Source of the DNA: Acetothermia bacterium UBA7521
GTDB taxonomy: Bacteria; Bipolaricaulota; Bipolaricaulia; Bipolaricaulales; Bipolaricaulaceae
Reading direction: 5' to 3'
Assembly: GCA_002479455.1 (NCBI GenBank)
Contig: DLNB01000045.1
Span: forward strand, 141 to 64,140
Length of the DNA: 64,000 nucleotides
The translations under genes and the position numbers were made by a program. Every line of letters starts with the position of its first letter. The stretch's first letter is position 1. The notes under the pieces were generated by a model. The model was not told the origin of the DNA, did no database searches, and saw only the letters and a program-made list of their open reading frames with translations. This document shows, piece after piece, positions 49,236 through 58,910 of this stretch.

Positions 49236-51194
49236 ATGCTGAGAAGGCAGGGATTCCTGTTCGCCTGCTTCGCGCTGATTGCCATTGCAGTTCTACTTCT
49301 GACTGGCTGCCAGAAGAGCGAGTATCCCCGCCGGACCGACCCCACCAACACGCTGTATGTGGGCGTCGTTGAATCGTCCTTCCCTGCCGCCTTCATGCCC
49401 TGGCTTTCCCGGGAAGGCATCGCTCCCACCATCGCCAGCATGCTCTACAGCACCCTGTTCTCCTACGACGACGATACCGGCGGGTTCTTGCCGAACCTCG
49501 CCCGGCAGTGGTACTACGTGGATATCCAGGGCCGGCCCATCGTGACGGATTCGGGAAACGTTGACTACGAGCGCCTGGAAAGCCACGGCTTGAAGACCCT
49601 CCGTAACCCACAGACCGGTCAGACCGAGCGGTATCTCACTGTCAGGGTCGAGCTCGACCCGCGCGCCCGCTGGAGCGATGGGCAGCCGGTGACTGCCGAC
49701 GACGTGTACTACACCTTGGACATCGCCAGGAACAACTACCTGTCGAACCACGCTGGCGCTCTGGCCTGGACCGCCGACCTGCTGCATCTGTATTCCAACT
49801 CAGGCCAGCTTCAACTGCAGGGTATCTTCACCTACAACCATGGGGCTGCTGAACAGGGGTATCCCATTGACGACACGGATCGTGACCAGGTGATCTACCT
49901 CCACGTCCGCAGCGTTCTGGGCGCGGTAACTAGCCTGTTCACGACGGTCCTGATCCTGCCCAGACATCTCTGGGAGCCGGTCGTCAGCCGGGAGAATCAG
50001 CTGAACAGCCGGAACCCCGATGCGCACATGCAGTACCTCTACCAGAATCCCGTGGGCAGTGGTCCGTATGTGCTCGACCCCACGGCGTCGGGATCGTCCC
50101 AACTCGTCCTGCGACGCAACGACCTCTACCACCTGACCCGGGACGATGGCAGCTCCCTCTATGCCGTGGAGACGATCCGCATGATTCTTTACCAGGAACT
50201 CAACGTAGCTATCTACGCGGTCATGCAGGGCCATATCGACATGCTCAGCGCTGCCTTGAGCCCCAACTACGTGCGCTTGTTCGAAGGCCGAGATGACCTG
50301 TTCTTGTCGGTTGCCGAGGGCACATACACCCAGACTTTGGTGTTCAACGTAAATCCGGTCGCTAGCGAGCGTACTCCCATGCGCAGCCTGCTGGCTAATC
50401 CAGAACTGCGCCAGGCCATTGCGCTCGCCATTGACAGCGAGATGCTCATTCGCCTGGTGGCCAACGACGCGGCCACGAGGATGAGCGCTGGGCTGATCCG
50501 GGAGAGCTTGAGCGACTTCTACAATCTCAACGCCGACATTCTGACGGGGGACTACGCAGCGCGCCTGGAGCGAGCCAACCAGCTGCTGGACCAGATCCTG
50601 CCGGAAAGGGACCGCCACGGCTATCGTCTGCACAACGGCGAGCGTGTTTCCTTCGGTGTTCTAGGCCATCCTGGCGAGATCGAACTGATCTCGTTTCTGG
50701 AGGTTCAGCTCCAGAGGATCGGCATCGGAATCCGCTATCAAGCCAAGGGTAGCTCCCCAGAGACCACCCATCTCTGGACGAGCCGCTTTGACATGACCAT
50801 TCACGGGGTGATCTTCTCGTTGGCCAATGTGGACATCATGTTCAACGCCCATTTTGTGGCCCTGGGACGCACCTCTAACTACGGACGGTTGGTTCACCCG
50901 GATCTAGCGAAGGGCATTGAGGAGATGCGGTCCACTCTGAACCTACACCGCAAGTACCAGCTTCTGTACGAGCTACAGCCTGTGATCGCGGAGCTGTTCT
51001 ACAAGGTACCTCTCTACAGCCCCCAGGTTATCTCGATTGCCCGTACGGACCGGTACACCGGCTATCAGGTGGTTCCCGGAGCTACGGTCTTCAACTCCAC
51101 CAATCTGCAGCAGATCCAGCGGATCGACTCCAGAGACGGCATAGCATCATCCGACCCGGCTGTGGAGATGGTTGCCGCAGCCCATCGGGGGTGA
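49236..51194 (+). CDS. ABC transporter substrate-binding lipoprotein (family 5, peptide/nickel type)
   Basis: The start is taken at ATG 49236 (GGGAGGAGGGG upstream). Lipobox LLLTGC. The ~650-aa family-5 SBP-like sequence is followed by cognate permeases and ATPases. Confidence 0.8.
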   Translation: MLRRQGFLFACFALIAIAVLLLTGCQKSEYPRRTDPTNTLYVGVVESSFPAAFMPWLSREGIAPTIASMLYSTLFSYDDDTGGFLPNLARQWYYVDIQGRPIVTDSGNVDYERLESHGLKTLRNPQTGQTERYLTVRVELDPRARWSDGQPVTADDVYYTLDIARNNYLSNHAGALAWTADLLHLYSNSGQLQLQGIFTYNHGAAEQGYPIDDTDRDQVIYLHVRSVLGAVTSLFTTVLILPRHLWEPVVSRENQLNSRNPDAHMQYLYQNPVGSGPYVLDPTASGSSQLVLRRNDLYHLTRDDGSSLYAVETIRMILYQELNVAIYAVMQGHIDMLSAALSPNYVRLFEGRDDLFLSVAEGTYTQTLVFNVNPVASERTPMRSLLANPELRQAIALAIDSEMLIRLVANDAATRMSAGLIRESLSDFYNLNADILTGDYAARLERANQLLDQILPERDRHGYRLHNGERVSFGVLGHPGEIELISFLEVQLQRIGIGIRYQAKGSSPETTHLWTSRFDMTIHGVIFSLANVDIMFNAHFVALGRTSNYGRLVHPDLAKGIEEMRSTLNLHRKYQLLYELQPVIAELFYKVPLYSPQVISIARTDRYTGYQVVPGATVFNSTNLQQIQRIDSRDGIASSDPAVEMVAAAHRG

Positions 51195-51200
51195 GGCGAT

Positions 51201-52199
51201 GTGAAGAGAAGCTATGTCATTAAGAGAATCGTGTACGCGGTGTTCATCTTCTTTGTCGTGCTGACGCTCAACTTCTTCATCCCCCGCATCGGCGTCCAGG
51301 ATCCCGCTGAGCGGTACTACCCTCCGCAGGGGGGAATGTCTACCATCGAGTACGAGATCATCAAACAGTTCACGCGCGAGCAGTACGGTTTCGATGTATC
51401 GACCTTCCAGCAGTACGTCCGCTACCTGCAGGGGCTGCTGCGCTTGGACTTGGGCACCTCGCTTCGCTCCGGATCCCCCAAAGTGACCACGTTGATCGCC
51501 CAACGCTTGCCATGGACCTTGGTGCTGTCGGTGAGCACGCTCGTCATCAGCCTGGTCATCGGCCTGCTATGTGGCACCTTGGCTGCCTGGAAGCGCGGAC
51601 GGTGGCAGGATACGCTGTTGCTGAACGCGTCCACCATCAGCGTTGCCTTGCCTAGCTTCTTCATCGCCTTGATGTTGTCTTTCTACCTCGGATTCAGGCT
51701 AGAGCTGTTCCCAGCGTACACCAACCCCAACATGGTCGCCCAGTTCGACTGGGGCTGGGGCGCCATCCGGATGGTGTTCACCAACGCCGCCCTGCCGATC
51801 ATGAGCATGTCGCTGGGCGGTATCATCGGCTATTCGCAGATCACCCGGAACAGCGTGATCGCTGTAACCAACGAGGACTACGTCATCACTGCCCGAGCCA
51901 AAGGACTGCCTCAGGCCACGGTCTTGTACAAGCATGTCTTGCGGAACGCTCTGCTTCCACTGGCAACCTCGATCGGCATGAATATCGGCGGCTTGATCGG
52001 CGGGGCCATCATCATCGAGCAAGTGTTCAACTGGCAGGGCATGGGCACCCTCTTTTTGGAAGCGAACAGCACCAAGGACTACCCGTTGATGATGGGTATC
52101 ATGTTGTTCCTTTCGGCGTTTGCGATTCTGGCCAACCTGGTGACCGAGCTGCTCTACGTGATTCTGGATCCGCGCGTGACCGTTGGAGACAAACGATGA
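51201..52199 (+). CDS. peptide ABC transporter permease (DppB/OppB-like)
   Basis: GTG start. MKRSYVIKRIVYAVFIFFVVLTLNFFIPRI is a typical N-terminus. The EAA-like loop is ...DYVITARAKGLPQATVLYKHVLRNALLP. Confidence 0.9.
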   Translation: MKRSYVIKRIVYAVFIFFVVLTLNFFIPRIGVQDPAERYYPPQGGMSTIEYEIIKQFTREQYGFDVSTFQQYVRYLQGLLRLDLGTSLRSGSPKVTTLIAQRLPWTLVLSVSTLVISLVIGLLCGTLAAWKRGRWQDTLLLNASTISVALPSFFIALMLSFYLGFRLELFPAYTNPNMVAQFDWGWGAIRMVFTNAALPIMSMSLGGIIGYSQITRNSVIAVTNEDYVITARAKGLPQATVLYKHVLRNALLPLATSIGMNIGGLIGGAIIIEQVFNWQGMGTLFLEANSTKDYPLMMGIMLFLSAFAILANLVTELLYVILDPRVTVGDKR

Positions 52200-53227
52200 G
52201 CAGGCCCAACGTGCTCCTCCAAGTTGCGCAAAGAGGCGGTTCGCTCGTGAGCTTCGTTAGGAAACTGTGGCAGCATCCCCAAGGTAGGTTGGGGCTGATC
52301 CTGGCCGGCTGGCTGGTGCTCGTGGCGATCCTCGCCCCGATTCTGGCTCCGTACGATCCCTACGATGTCACCCAGCGGGCTGCCAAGGGACTGCGGCCAA
52401 GTTGGCAGCATCCCCTGGGGACCACCACCACCACCGGGCAGGACATATTCAGCATGCTCATCTACGGTTCTCGGGTGTCCTTGATGATCGGCATTGGCAC
52501 CGGGGTGGCCCTCGCCTTTCTGGGCGCCCTGATGGGCGTCATGGCCGGGTACCTGGGTGGCTTCGTCGACAACCTCATCATGCGGGTTGTCGACGTCATG
52601 CTGGTCATACCGACGCTGCCGCTCATCATCGTCCTAACCAGCCTGTTGGGCAGGAGTTACTTCGTGATCGTTCTGGTGTTCGTGATCTTCGGGTGGACCG
52701 GACTGGCGAGGGTCATACGCTCCCTGGTGTTGGTGCTCAAGAACAGCAACTACGTGAAGGCCGCTGAACTGGCCGGCGCCAGCAGGTGGTACATCATGAC
52801 CAAGCACATCCTCCCGGGAACCTCTCATCTCATCATCATGAACACCGCCTTGACCAGCGCCGGCATCATGGTTGCGGAGGCGGGGTTGAGCTTCTTGGGC
52901 TTGGGCGATCCCACGGCAATCAGCTGGGGAAAGATGTTGGCCGAAGCCCAAGGCGGCGGAGCACTGCTGTTCGGGGCGTGGTGGTGGATCATCGCCCCCG
53001 GAATCGGCATCTTCCTCTCCGTGTTCTCGTTCATGCGGATCGGCATCGTCATTGAAGAGGTGTTCAACCCCAGGATGAAGGCATCGAGCAGCATCTACAA
53101 GCTCTTCAAGCACCTGAACAATACCTACCTGGACGAAGTATTCCGATCCATGGAAGAGGAGGAGACCCTCGTCCGGGAGCCGCCCGATCGGTCCAACGCC
53201 CCCACTCCGGAAGGGTGCCATGGCTGA
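52196..53227 (+). CDS. peptide ABC transporter permease (DppC/OppC-like)
   Basis: ATGA-coupled. ...HPLGTTTTGQDIFS...YVKAAELAGASRWYIMTKHILP. Confidence 0.9.
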   Translation: MSRPNVLLQVAQRGGSLVSFVRKLWQHPQGRLGLILAGWLVLVAILAPILAPYDPYDVTQRAAKGLRPSWQHPLGTTTTTGQDIFSMLIYGSRVSLMIGIGTGVALAFLGALMGVMAGYLGGFVDNLIMRVVDVMLVIPTLPLIIVLTSLLGRSYFVIVLVFVIFGWTGLARVIRSLVLVLKNSNYVKAAELAGASRWYIMTKHILPGTSHLIIMNTALTSAGIMVAEAGLSFLGLGDPTAISWGKMLAEAQGGGALLFGAWWWIIAPGIGIFLSVFSFMRIGIVIEEVFNPRMKASSSIYKLFKHLNNTYLDEVFRSMEEEETLVREPPDRSNAPTPEGCHG

Positions 53228-54212
53228 TACGGTGCTTGAAGTCAGGAATTTGAAGGTGGCCTTCCCGTGCTCGGGTGGGGTCATCCGGGCGGTGGAGGGC
53301 ATCGACCTGGACATCCACCGGGGCGAGTGCGCCGCTCTGGTGGGGGAGTCCGGCTGCGGCAAGAGCGTCAGTGCCTTGGCGATCATGAAGCTGCTCAACA
53401 CCCCCCCCGCGGTCTGCCGAGCAGACAAGCTTCAGCTCGATGATCTGGACCTGACCCATCTGCCAGACAGACAGATGGAACGGATCCGCGGGAAGCACAT
53501 GGCCATGATCTTCCAGGACGCCATGACCGCGCTGAACCCCGTGATGACCGTTGGCAAGCAGATTGACGAGATCTATCTACGTCACAGCCGACTGTCCCGA
53601 AGAGAAGCCCGGCAGCGCACCATCAAGGCGCTTGAGCTGGTGGGGGTTCCCGAAGCCCGGTCCCGGGCTAACAGCTATCCCCATCAGCTATCGGGAGGAA
53701 TGCGCCAGCGGGTGCTCATTGCCTTGGCGTTCGCCTGCGTGCCCAAACTGATCATCGCCGATGAGCCGACCACCGCCCTCGACGTCACCATCCAGGCCCA
53801 GGTGTTGGATGTGCTGAAGAACATGCAGCAGGTCCATGGTGTGTCGGCTCTGTTGATCGCCCACGATCTGAGTGTGGTGGCCAACATGGCGGACACGGTG
53901 TACGTCATGTACTCCGGCAAGATCGTGGAGCGGGCCGCGATGCAGGAGCTGTTCGTGGAACCGCTGCACCCGTACACCCATGGCCTGTTGGCTTCCGTCC
54001 CCCGGATCTCCGACGACAGACAGCCGTTTGTCCAGATCCCGGACGCCGTTCCCCATCCGATGCGCAAACCGACGGGCTGCTACTTTCATCCCCGCTGTCC
54101 CCGTTCGAGCGACCAGTGCCAGCAACGCATGCCCCGACTGGAAAGTCTGGACCATGAGCGGGAAGTCCGCTGTTGGCATCCTTTGCGCCAACCGCATGAG
54201 GTGCGATCATGA
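53220..54212 (+). CDS. peptide ABC transporter ATP-binding protein (DppD/OppD-like)
   Basis: Walker A GESGCGKS, signature LSGGMRQR, Walker B IADEPTTALD and the C-terminal oligopeptide-type extension (HPYT..L...P). Confidence 0.9.
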   Translation: MADTVLEVRNLKVAFPCSGGVIRAVEGIDLDIHRGECAALVGESGCGKSVSALAIMKLLNTPPAVCRADKLQLDDLDLTHLPDRQMERIRGKHMAMIFQDAMTALNPVMTVGKQIDEIYLRHSRLSRREARQRTIKALELVGVPEARSRANSYPHQLSGGMRQRVLIALAFACVPKLIIADEPTTALDVTIQAQVLDVLKNMQQVHGVSALLIAHDLSVVANMADTVYVMYSGKIVERAAMQELFVEPLHPYTHGLLASVPRISDDRQPFVQIPDAVPHPMRKPTGCYFHPRCPRSSDQCQQRMPRLESLDHEREVRCWHPLRQPHEVRS

Positions 54213-55258
54213 TCCGGAACAGCCCAGATACTGGACCCTTGCTGGAGATGGAGAACGTTTCGGTCAATTTCCCGGTCAAAGGCCCCTATCCGTTCAGCAA
54301 GAAGCGCTGGATCCAGGCGGTCACCAATGTCAGCCTTCAGGTGTCGGAGGGCGAGACCTTCGGCATCGTCGGTGAGTCGGGCTGCGGGAAGACCACCCTC
54401 GCCAACGCCATGATCGGCATGGTGCGACCGACCGCAGGAACCGTGCGCTTCCAGGGCGTGGATCTCTACTCGTTGAAGCCCCAGGTGTTCAGAGAGGCCC
54501 GGCGCGAGATGCAGATGATCTTCCAGGATCCCTTCTCTTCACTGAATCCAAGGTTCTCCGTCTACGAGATCATCAGAGAACCCCTGTATATCAGAGGACA
54601 GGCCAGCGAGACCGCCATGAAGGCGAAGGTCCTGGAGCTTCTGAAGCTGGTGGGGTTGGACGAGGATGATATGTACCGGTATCCTTCGGATTTCTCAGGC
54701 GGGCAGCGACAGCGCATCGGGATTGCCCGAGCCATCATCCTCAACCCGAGGTTCCTCGTGTGTGATGAGCCTGTCAGTGCGTTGGATGTGTCGGTGCATG
54801 CCCAGATTCTGAACCTGTTGATGGACATCCAGAAGAGCCGGCACCTCACCTACGTCTTCGTCTCGCACAACCTGGCGGTGGTCAAGAACATCTGCCAGAA
54901 CATGGTGGTGATGTACCTGGGGACGATCATGGAGTCGGGTTCATCGGATGCCATCTTCGCCAATCCTCTCCATCCCTATACGAAGGCTCTGCTGTCGGCG
55001 GTCCTGGACATCGATGTGACGAAGCCACGCGATCGGATCCTGCTCAAGGGCGACACCCCCAGCCCGATCGACCCGCCCCCGGGGTGCAGGTTCTGGCAGC
55101 GGTGTCCCTCGGCGATGAAGGGGTGTGCGACCATTCCCGCGAAGCTGGCGGAAGTGGAGCCTGGCCATCCGGTGGCATGCCATCTCATTTCCGGCTTCTC
55201 CCCTCAGCAAGTAGCAGACGGCCTTCACGAGCCTGTATCCCCGAAGTCCGGCGGGTGA
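54209..55258 (+). CDS. peptide ABC transporter ATP-binding protein (DppF/OppF-like)
   Basis: Walker A GESGCGKTT, signature FSGGQRQR, Walker B VCDEPVSALD, then HPYTKALLSA...GCRFWQRCP. Confidence 0.9.
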   Translation: MIRNSPDTGPLLEMENVSVNFPVKGPYPFSKKRWIQAVTNVSLQVSEGETFGIVGESGCGKTTLANAMIGMVRPTAGTVRFQGVDLYSLKPQVFREARREMQMIFQDPFSSLNPRFSVYEIIREPLYIRGQASETAMKAKVLELLKLVGLDEDDMYRYPSDFSGGQRQRIGIARAIILNPRFLVCDEPVSALDVSVHAQILNLLMDIQKSRHLTYVFVSHNLAVVKNICQNMVVMYLGTIMESGSSDAIFANPLHPYTKALLSAVLDIDVTKPRDRILLKGDTPSPIDPPPGCRFWQRCPSAMKGCATIPAKLAEVEPGHPVACHLISGFSPQQVADGLHEPVSPKSGG

Positions 55259-55268
55259 GAGATCGCGC

Positions 55269-55652
55269 ATGACCCGGAAGGCGAGCGCTCTGGCCTTCGG
55301 CGCAGCGCAGCTCCTGATGTTCGGTTCCATCAGTCTCCTGCAGATCGCACCAGGACGGTTCTTGGGTCCGCTTCTTCTGGCGATGCACGCAGGTATCCTG
55401 CTGTTCGCGAAGCTGAAGAAGGGCCTGTCCGATGGTCGGCCGGAACTCGCCCGGATCACGCGCGGCACGTATGTCCTGATGACGATGTACCTGCCGATCC
55501 TCATCTACAAGCTATTGGACAGGCTGGGCGTGCTCCAGGTGCATTATCCCGTTCTCTACAGCACGACTCTCGCGCTGGCCGTCCTCGCGGTGCTACTGAT
55601 CGTCCACAGCCTCCGTGTGGTCGGCTGTGCTTCAGCAGATGGGTACGGGTAG
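55269..55652 (+). CDS. small integral membrane protein, unknown function
   Basis: 127 aa with about four hydrophobic segments. It is the last co-directional gene after the ABC ATPases. No family recognised. Confidence 0.5.
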   Translation: MTRKASALAFGAAQLLMFGSISLLQIAPGRFLGPLLLAMHAGILLFAKLKKGLSDGRPELARITRGTYVLMTMYLPILIYKLLDRLGVLQVHYPVLYSTTLALAVLAVLLIVHSLRVVGCASADGYG

Positions 55653-55800
55653 GTGCCTGATCGGATCTCCAGGGAAGAACTCCGACTGCCTTGCCGCTGT
55701 GGGGAGTGCGGGTACAGACCGCCTTGTACCGCAGACCTGAACACCCACAGCGGCCCGCCCGAGGGAGCACGGTAAGCCCGGTCGCGTTGAGGACTACACC

Positions 55801-56454
55801 TCAGAAGGGGTACTGCATCTGCGTTCCAAATCCCTCTTTGGACGCGCAGTTGTCCCAGATCTCCCTGATGGTGAACACGTAGGCGGGGTACTTGAGCCAG
55901 CGACTGGTGTCGGGCCGGTGGTACACATCGTGCTGGGCGTTGATGAACTGCTGGTAGAGCTCACGCTTGCCCGACGTTGCCTCGTCGTAGATCTCGATGG
56001 TTCCGCGAAGTTCGTAGGAGATCACCGGCGGCTGGTAGTAGATGAGGGTTGCTTCTGGATTCACGCGGTAGTTGTCCCAGCTGTGCTTCTTGGCCATCTC
56101 CAGGCTGCCCAGTCGAGTGAAGTCGATGCGGTCGTACACGTCGGGGCTGTACAGGTGTCTGACCAGCAGGGCCAGACCACGCTTGCTGTATGCCTCATCA
56201 TCCCCATCGTAGCTCTTGATGTGCTGCATGTAGGCTACCAGCGTCTGCTCCAAGTACTCGGGCTTGGGGAGGAACCCGACCCCCTTGATGCTGCCGTTGA
56301 GTCCGCCTGGGCCGTCAGAGATGAAGGCCGGGTTGTGGGAGCAGAAACTGAGGAAGACCTTCTCCTTCGCCATCGCCTCTCCCTCATGGAGCTTGATCAC
56401 GGTCTGCGCCCTGGATCGGAATGCCCAGTTGAAGAACGCTTCGGCTGACTTCAT
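55801..56454 (-). CDS. hypothetical protein (family not recognised)
   Basis: Balanced, non-repetitive composition (…FCSHNPAFISDGPGG…YYQPPVISYELRGTIEIYDE…). Two candidate starts each follow GAGGGAG: ATG 56454 and ATG 56373. The longer 56544 start lacks an RBS. Confidence 0.55.
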   Translation of the reverse strand: MKSAEAFFNWAFRSRAQTVIKLHEGEAMAKEKVFLSFCSHNPAFISDGPGGLNGSIKGVGFLPKPEYLEQTLVAYMQHIKSYDGDDEAYSKRGLALLVRHLYSPDVYDRIDFTRLGSLEMAKKHSWDNYRVNPEATLIYYQPPVISYELRGTIEIYDEATSGKRELYQQFINAQHDVYHRPDTSRWLKYPAYVFTIREIWDNCASKEGFGTQMQYPF

Positions 56455-56687
56455 CGACAACTCCCTCGATGCGGCGTTTGTAGCGATCATAGCTCGCCCG
56501 CACGGGCTGTTCAACGACATGCGGTGCCTCTCTGGGATCGCCAAAGGCGCAGCGGATGCGGTGTTTCAGTCGGACATCCAGTCGACCGGAGTGGCAAGAG
56601 ACGAGTTCGTGACTGACGTAACCCCATCGAGACCGCGAGGGAAGGATGTCCTGGACGAATCGCAGCAGCACCAGGTACGCGGAAGTC

Positions 56688-56763
56688 TGGTACGCCCGGC
56701 AGGATTTGAACCTGCGTCCTCTGCCTCCGCAGGGCAGCGCTCTATCCCCTGAGCTACGGGCGC
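56688..56763 (-). tRNA. tRNA-Arg (anticodon GCG)
   Basis: The reverse complement GCGCCCGTAGCTCAGGGGATAGAGCGCTGCCCTGCGGAGGCAGAGGACGCAGGTTCAAATCCTGCCGGGCGTACCA forms a hand-folded cloverleaf with anticodon loop CTGCGGA. Confidence 0.9.
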
Positions 56764-56852
56764 GTAACTTCGGTTGCCAGCTCGCAGTTCACCAGTTCTC
56801 GGTCAGAACCAACCGTTCAAACTGGCAACTGACTAACCGACAACCGCCGTTC

Positions 56853-56939
56853 TGGCGGAGGGACGGGGATTCGAACCCCGAAGGCCTTTCAGCCGTACCG
56901 GTTTTCGAGACCGGCTCCTTGCCGTTCGGACATCCCTCC
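56853..56939 (-). tRNA. tRNA-Ser (anticodon CGA)
   Basis: The reverse complement GGAGGGATGTCCGAACGGCAAGGAGCCGGTCTCGAAAACCGGTACGGCTGAAAGGCCTTCGGGGTTCGAATCCCCGTCCCTCCGCCA has a long variable arm and anticodon loop CTCGAAA. Confidence 0.9.
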
Positions 56940-56985
56940 GCTCCAAGTATCGTTCGCGCGGGGTGACGCGTCAACGGAACGCCGA

Positions 56986-57819
56986 TCAGGAGCGTTGGGA
57001 GAGGATCCCAGCCATCACCAGCACCCCACCTGCCATCTGTACGGGGAAGAGCACCTCGCCGAGGAGCCACCACCCGAAGAGCGCGGCGAACACGGGCTCG
57101 GTGGCGAGCACGATCGCCATCCGCGCTGCCGACGCTCGACGCCCCGCCCAGAGGACGAGGGCGAATGCGCCGGTTGTGGCCAGGGCTGCGGTCACCCCCA
57201 CCGCGACCCACACGTGGGCCGAGAACGCAAAGCTGACCTCCCTCTGCCACCCCGACCCAGCAAGGGAGAGCAAGGCAACGAGACCGACCTGCGGTGCGAG
57301 GAGAACGCGGGGATCGCCGGCCTTGGCATAGCGGTCGAGGAGCACGAGGTGCACGGCGAACGCGATGGCGCAGAACGCGGTGAGGAGGTCGCCGAACCAC
57401 GCCCCCCCGCCGAGGGAGTCCCCACCCAGAGCAAGAAGGAACACCCCTCCGCCAGACAAGGCGACCCCGATCCATGCGCGCACACTTGGCCGGCGGCCGA
57501 ACACCCACGCCACCACCGGTACGAGGACCACGGATAACCCTGTGATCAACCCCGACTTCTGAGCGGTGGTGTACACGAGCCCCCACGTCTGGAGGAAGTA
57601 CCCTCCGAAGAGGGCCAGGCCGAGGATCGCTCCCCAACGCCAATTGCGAGCTAAGCGAGCCTCCCGTCGCCCGAGGAGGAAGGGCAGGGCAAGGAGGGTC
57701 GCCAGGCTGAACCGCAGAGCGAGAAACCAGAACGGGCCGACCTCCCGCAGTGCGTCCTTCACCAGGGCGAACGTCCACCCCCACACCGCGCTGGCGAGGA
57801 GAAGGGCGCCGGTGGCCAT
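56986..57819 (-). CDS. EamA/DMT-family transporter
   Basis: 277 aa with about ten hydrophobic helices and two EamA-like halves (ASAVWGWTFALVK...). Confidence 0.8.
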   Translation of the reverse strand: MATGALLLASAVWGWTFALVKDALREVGPFWFLALRFSLATLLALPFLLGRREARLARNWRWGAILGLALFGGYFLQTWGLVYTTAQKSGLITGLSVVLVPVVAWVFGRRPSVRAWIGVALSGGGVFLLALGGDSLGGGAWFGDLLTAFCAIAFAVHLVLLDRYAKAGDPRVLLAPQVGLVALLSLAGSGWQREVSFAFSAHVWVAVGVTAALATTGAFALVLWAGRRASAARMAIVLATEPVFAALFGWWLLGEVLFPVQMAGGVLVMAGILSQRS

Positions 57820-58910
57820 CAGGCGGAAATGAAGTGGATGACGTCGCCGTCCTGAACCGTGTAGTCACGGCCGGCACGGTGGATCTTGCCCGTCTCTCGC
57901 AGCGCCCGCTCGGAGCCGGCAGCGAGTAGATCGGGGAGATGCATGACCTCGGCGAGGACGAACCGGTCACGGAAATCGGTGTGGATCGCCGCTCCCGCGT
58001 CGGGGGCTCTCGTCCCGGCGGGGGCCGTCCACGCCCGGACCTCAGGCCCTTCCACCGTGTAGAAGGTGATCACGGAGAGGAGGCGGTACGCCTCGGTCAC
58101 CAGACGCACGAGGGCCGACTCGGCGAGGCCGTACTCCCGGAGGAACGCCTGGCGCTCTCCTTCGTCTGAACACGCTTCCCCGAGCTCCGCCTCGAGCTTC
58201 CCGCGGACGACGATCCACCCCGCCGCCCCGCTCTCCTGGGCGACGGCAGCCAGGGCCCGCGATAGGGCGTTCTCCCCTTCGTCACCGACGTTGGCCACGA
58301 ACAGAACGGGTTTCGAGGTAAGGGGGGCGAGCTCGCGAAGGAGAGGCAGCTCATGGGCAGAGAAGTGCAGCGTGCGGATCGGTTCCTCCGCGTTCACGGC
58401 GGCGAGAAGGCGGTCGAGGAAGGCGACCTCCTCTTGCGCCGCCATGTCGCCGGTGCGGGCGGCCTTGGCGGCCCGCTCCCGCCGGCGCTCCAGGGTCTCC
58501 CGGTCCTTGGCGAGGAGCTCCCCCTCCACCACCGCGACGTCCCGCCGCACGTCGGGCTCGCCCATGGGATGAGCGATGTCCGGGTCCCCAAAGCACCGGA
58601 CGACGTGGAGGATCGCCTCCACGCCGCGGATCTCGGCGAGGAACTGGTTCCCCAGCCCTTCGCCCTGACACGCCCCCTCCACCAGCCCGGCGATGTCCAC
58701 CACCTCGATCGTCGTCGGGACCTTCTTCTTCTCAGGGAACAGGGCGTGGAGATGATCCAAGCGTTCATCGGGGACCGCAGCCACTCCATGATGAGGCGCT
58801 ATCGTGCAGAACGGATAGGCTTCTACCTTCGCTCCAGCCAGGGTGAGGGCGTTGAAGACGGTCGACTTCCCCGCGTTGGGGAGCCCGACCAGGCCGAAGC
58901 TTCGGCTCAC
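57819..58910 (-). CDS. ychF: redox-regulated ATPase YchF (Obg-like)
   Basis: GTG start (GTGA overlap with the sucD stop). [34 protein letters not shown] and the C-terminal TGS-like GDVIHF. Confidence 0.9.
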   Translation of the reverse strand: MSRSFGLVGLPNAGKSTVFNALTLAGAKVEAYPFCTIAPHHGVAAVPDERLDHLHALFPEKKKVPTTIEVVDIAGLVEGACQGEGLGNQFLAEIRGVEAILHVVRCFGDPDIAHPMGEPDVRRDVAVVEGELLAKDRETLERRRERAAKAARTGDMAAQEEVAFLDRLLAAVNAEEPIRTLHFSAHELPLLRELAPLTSKPVLFVANVGDEGENALSRALAAVAQESGAAGWIVVRGKLEAELGEACSDEGERQAFLREYGLAESALVRLVTEAYRLLSVITFYTVEGPEVRAWTAPAGTRAPDAGAAIHTDFRDRFVLAEVMHLPDLLAAGSERALRETGKIHRAGRDYTVQDGDVIHFISA

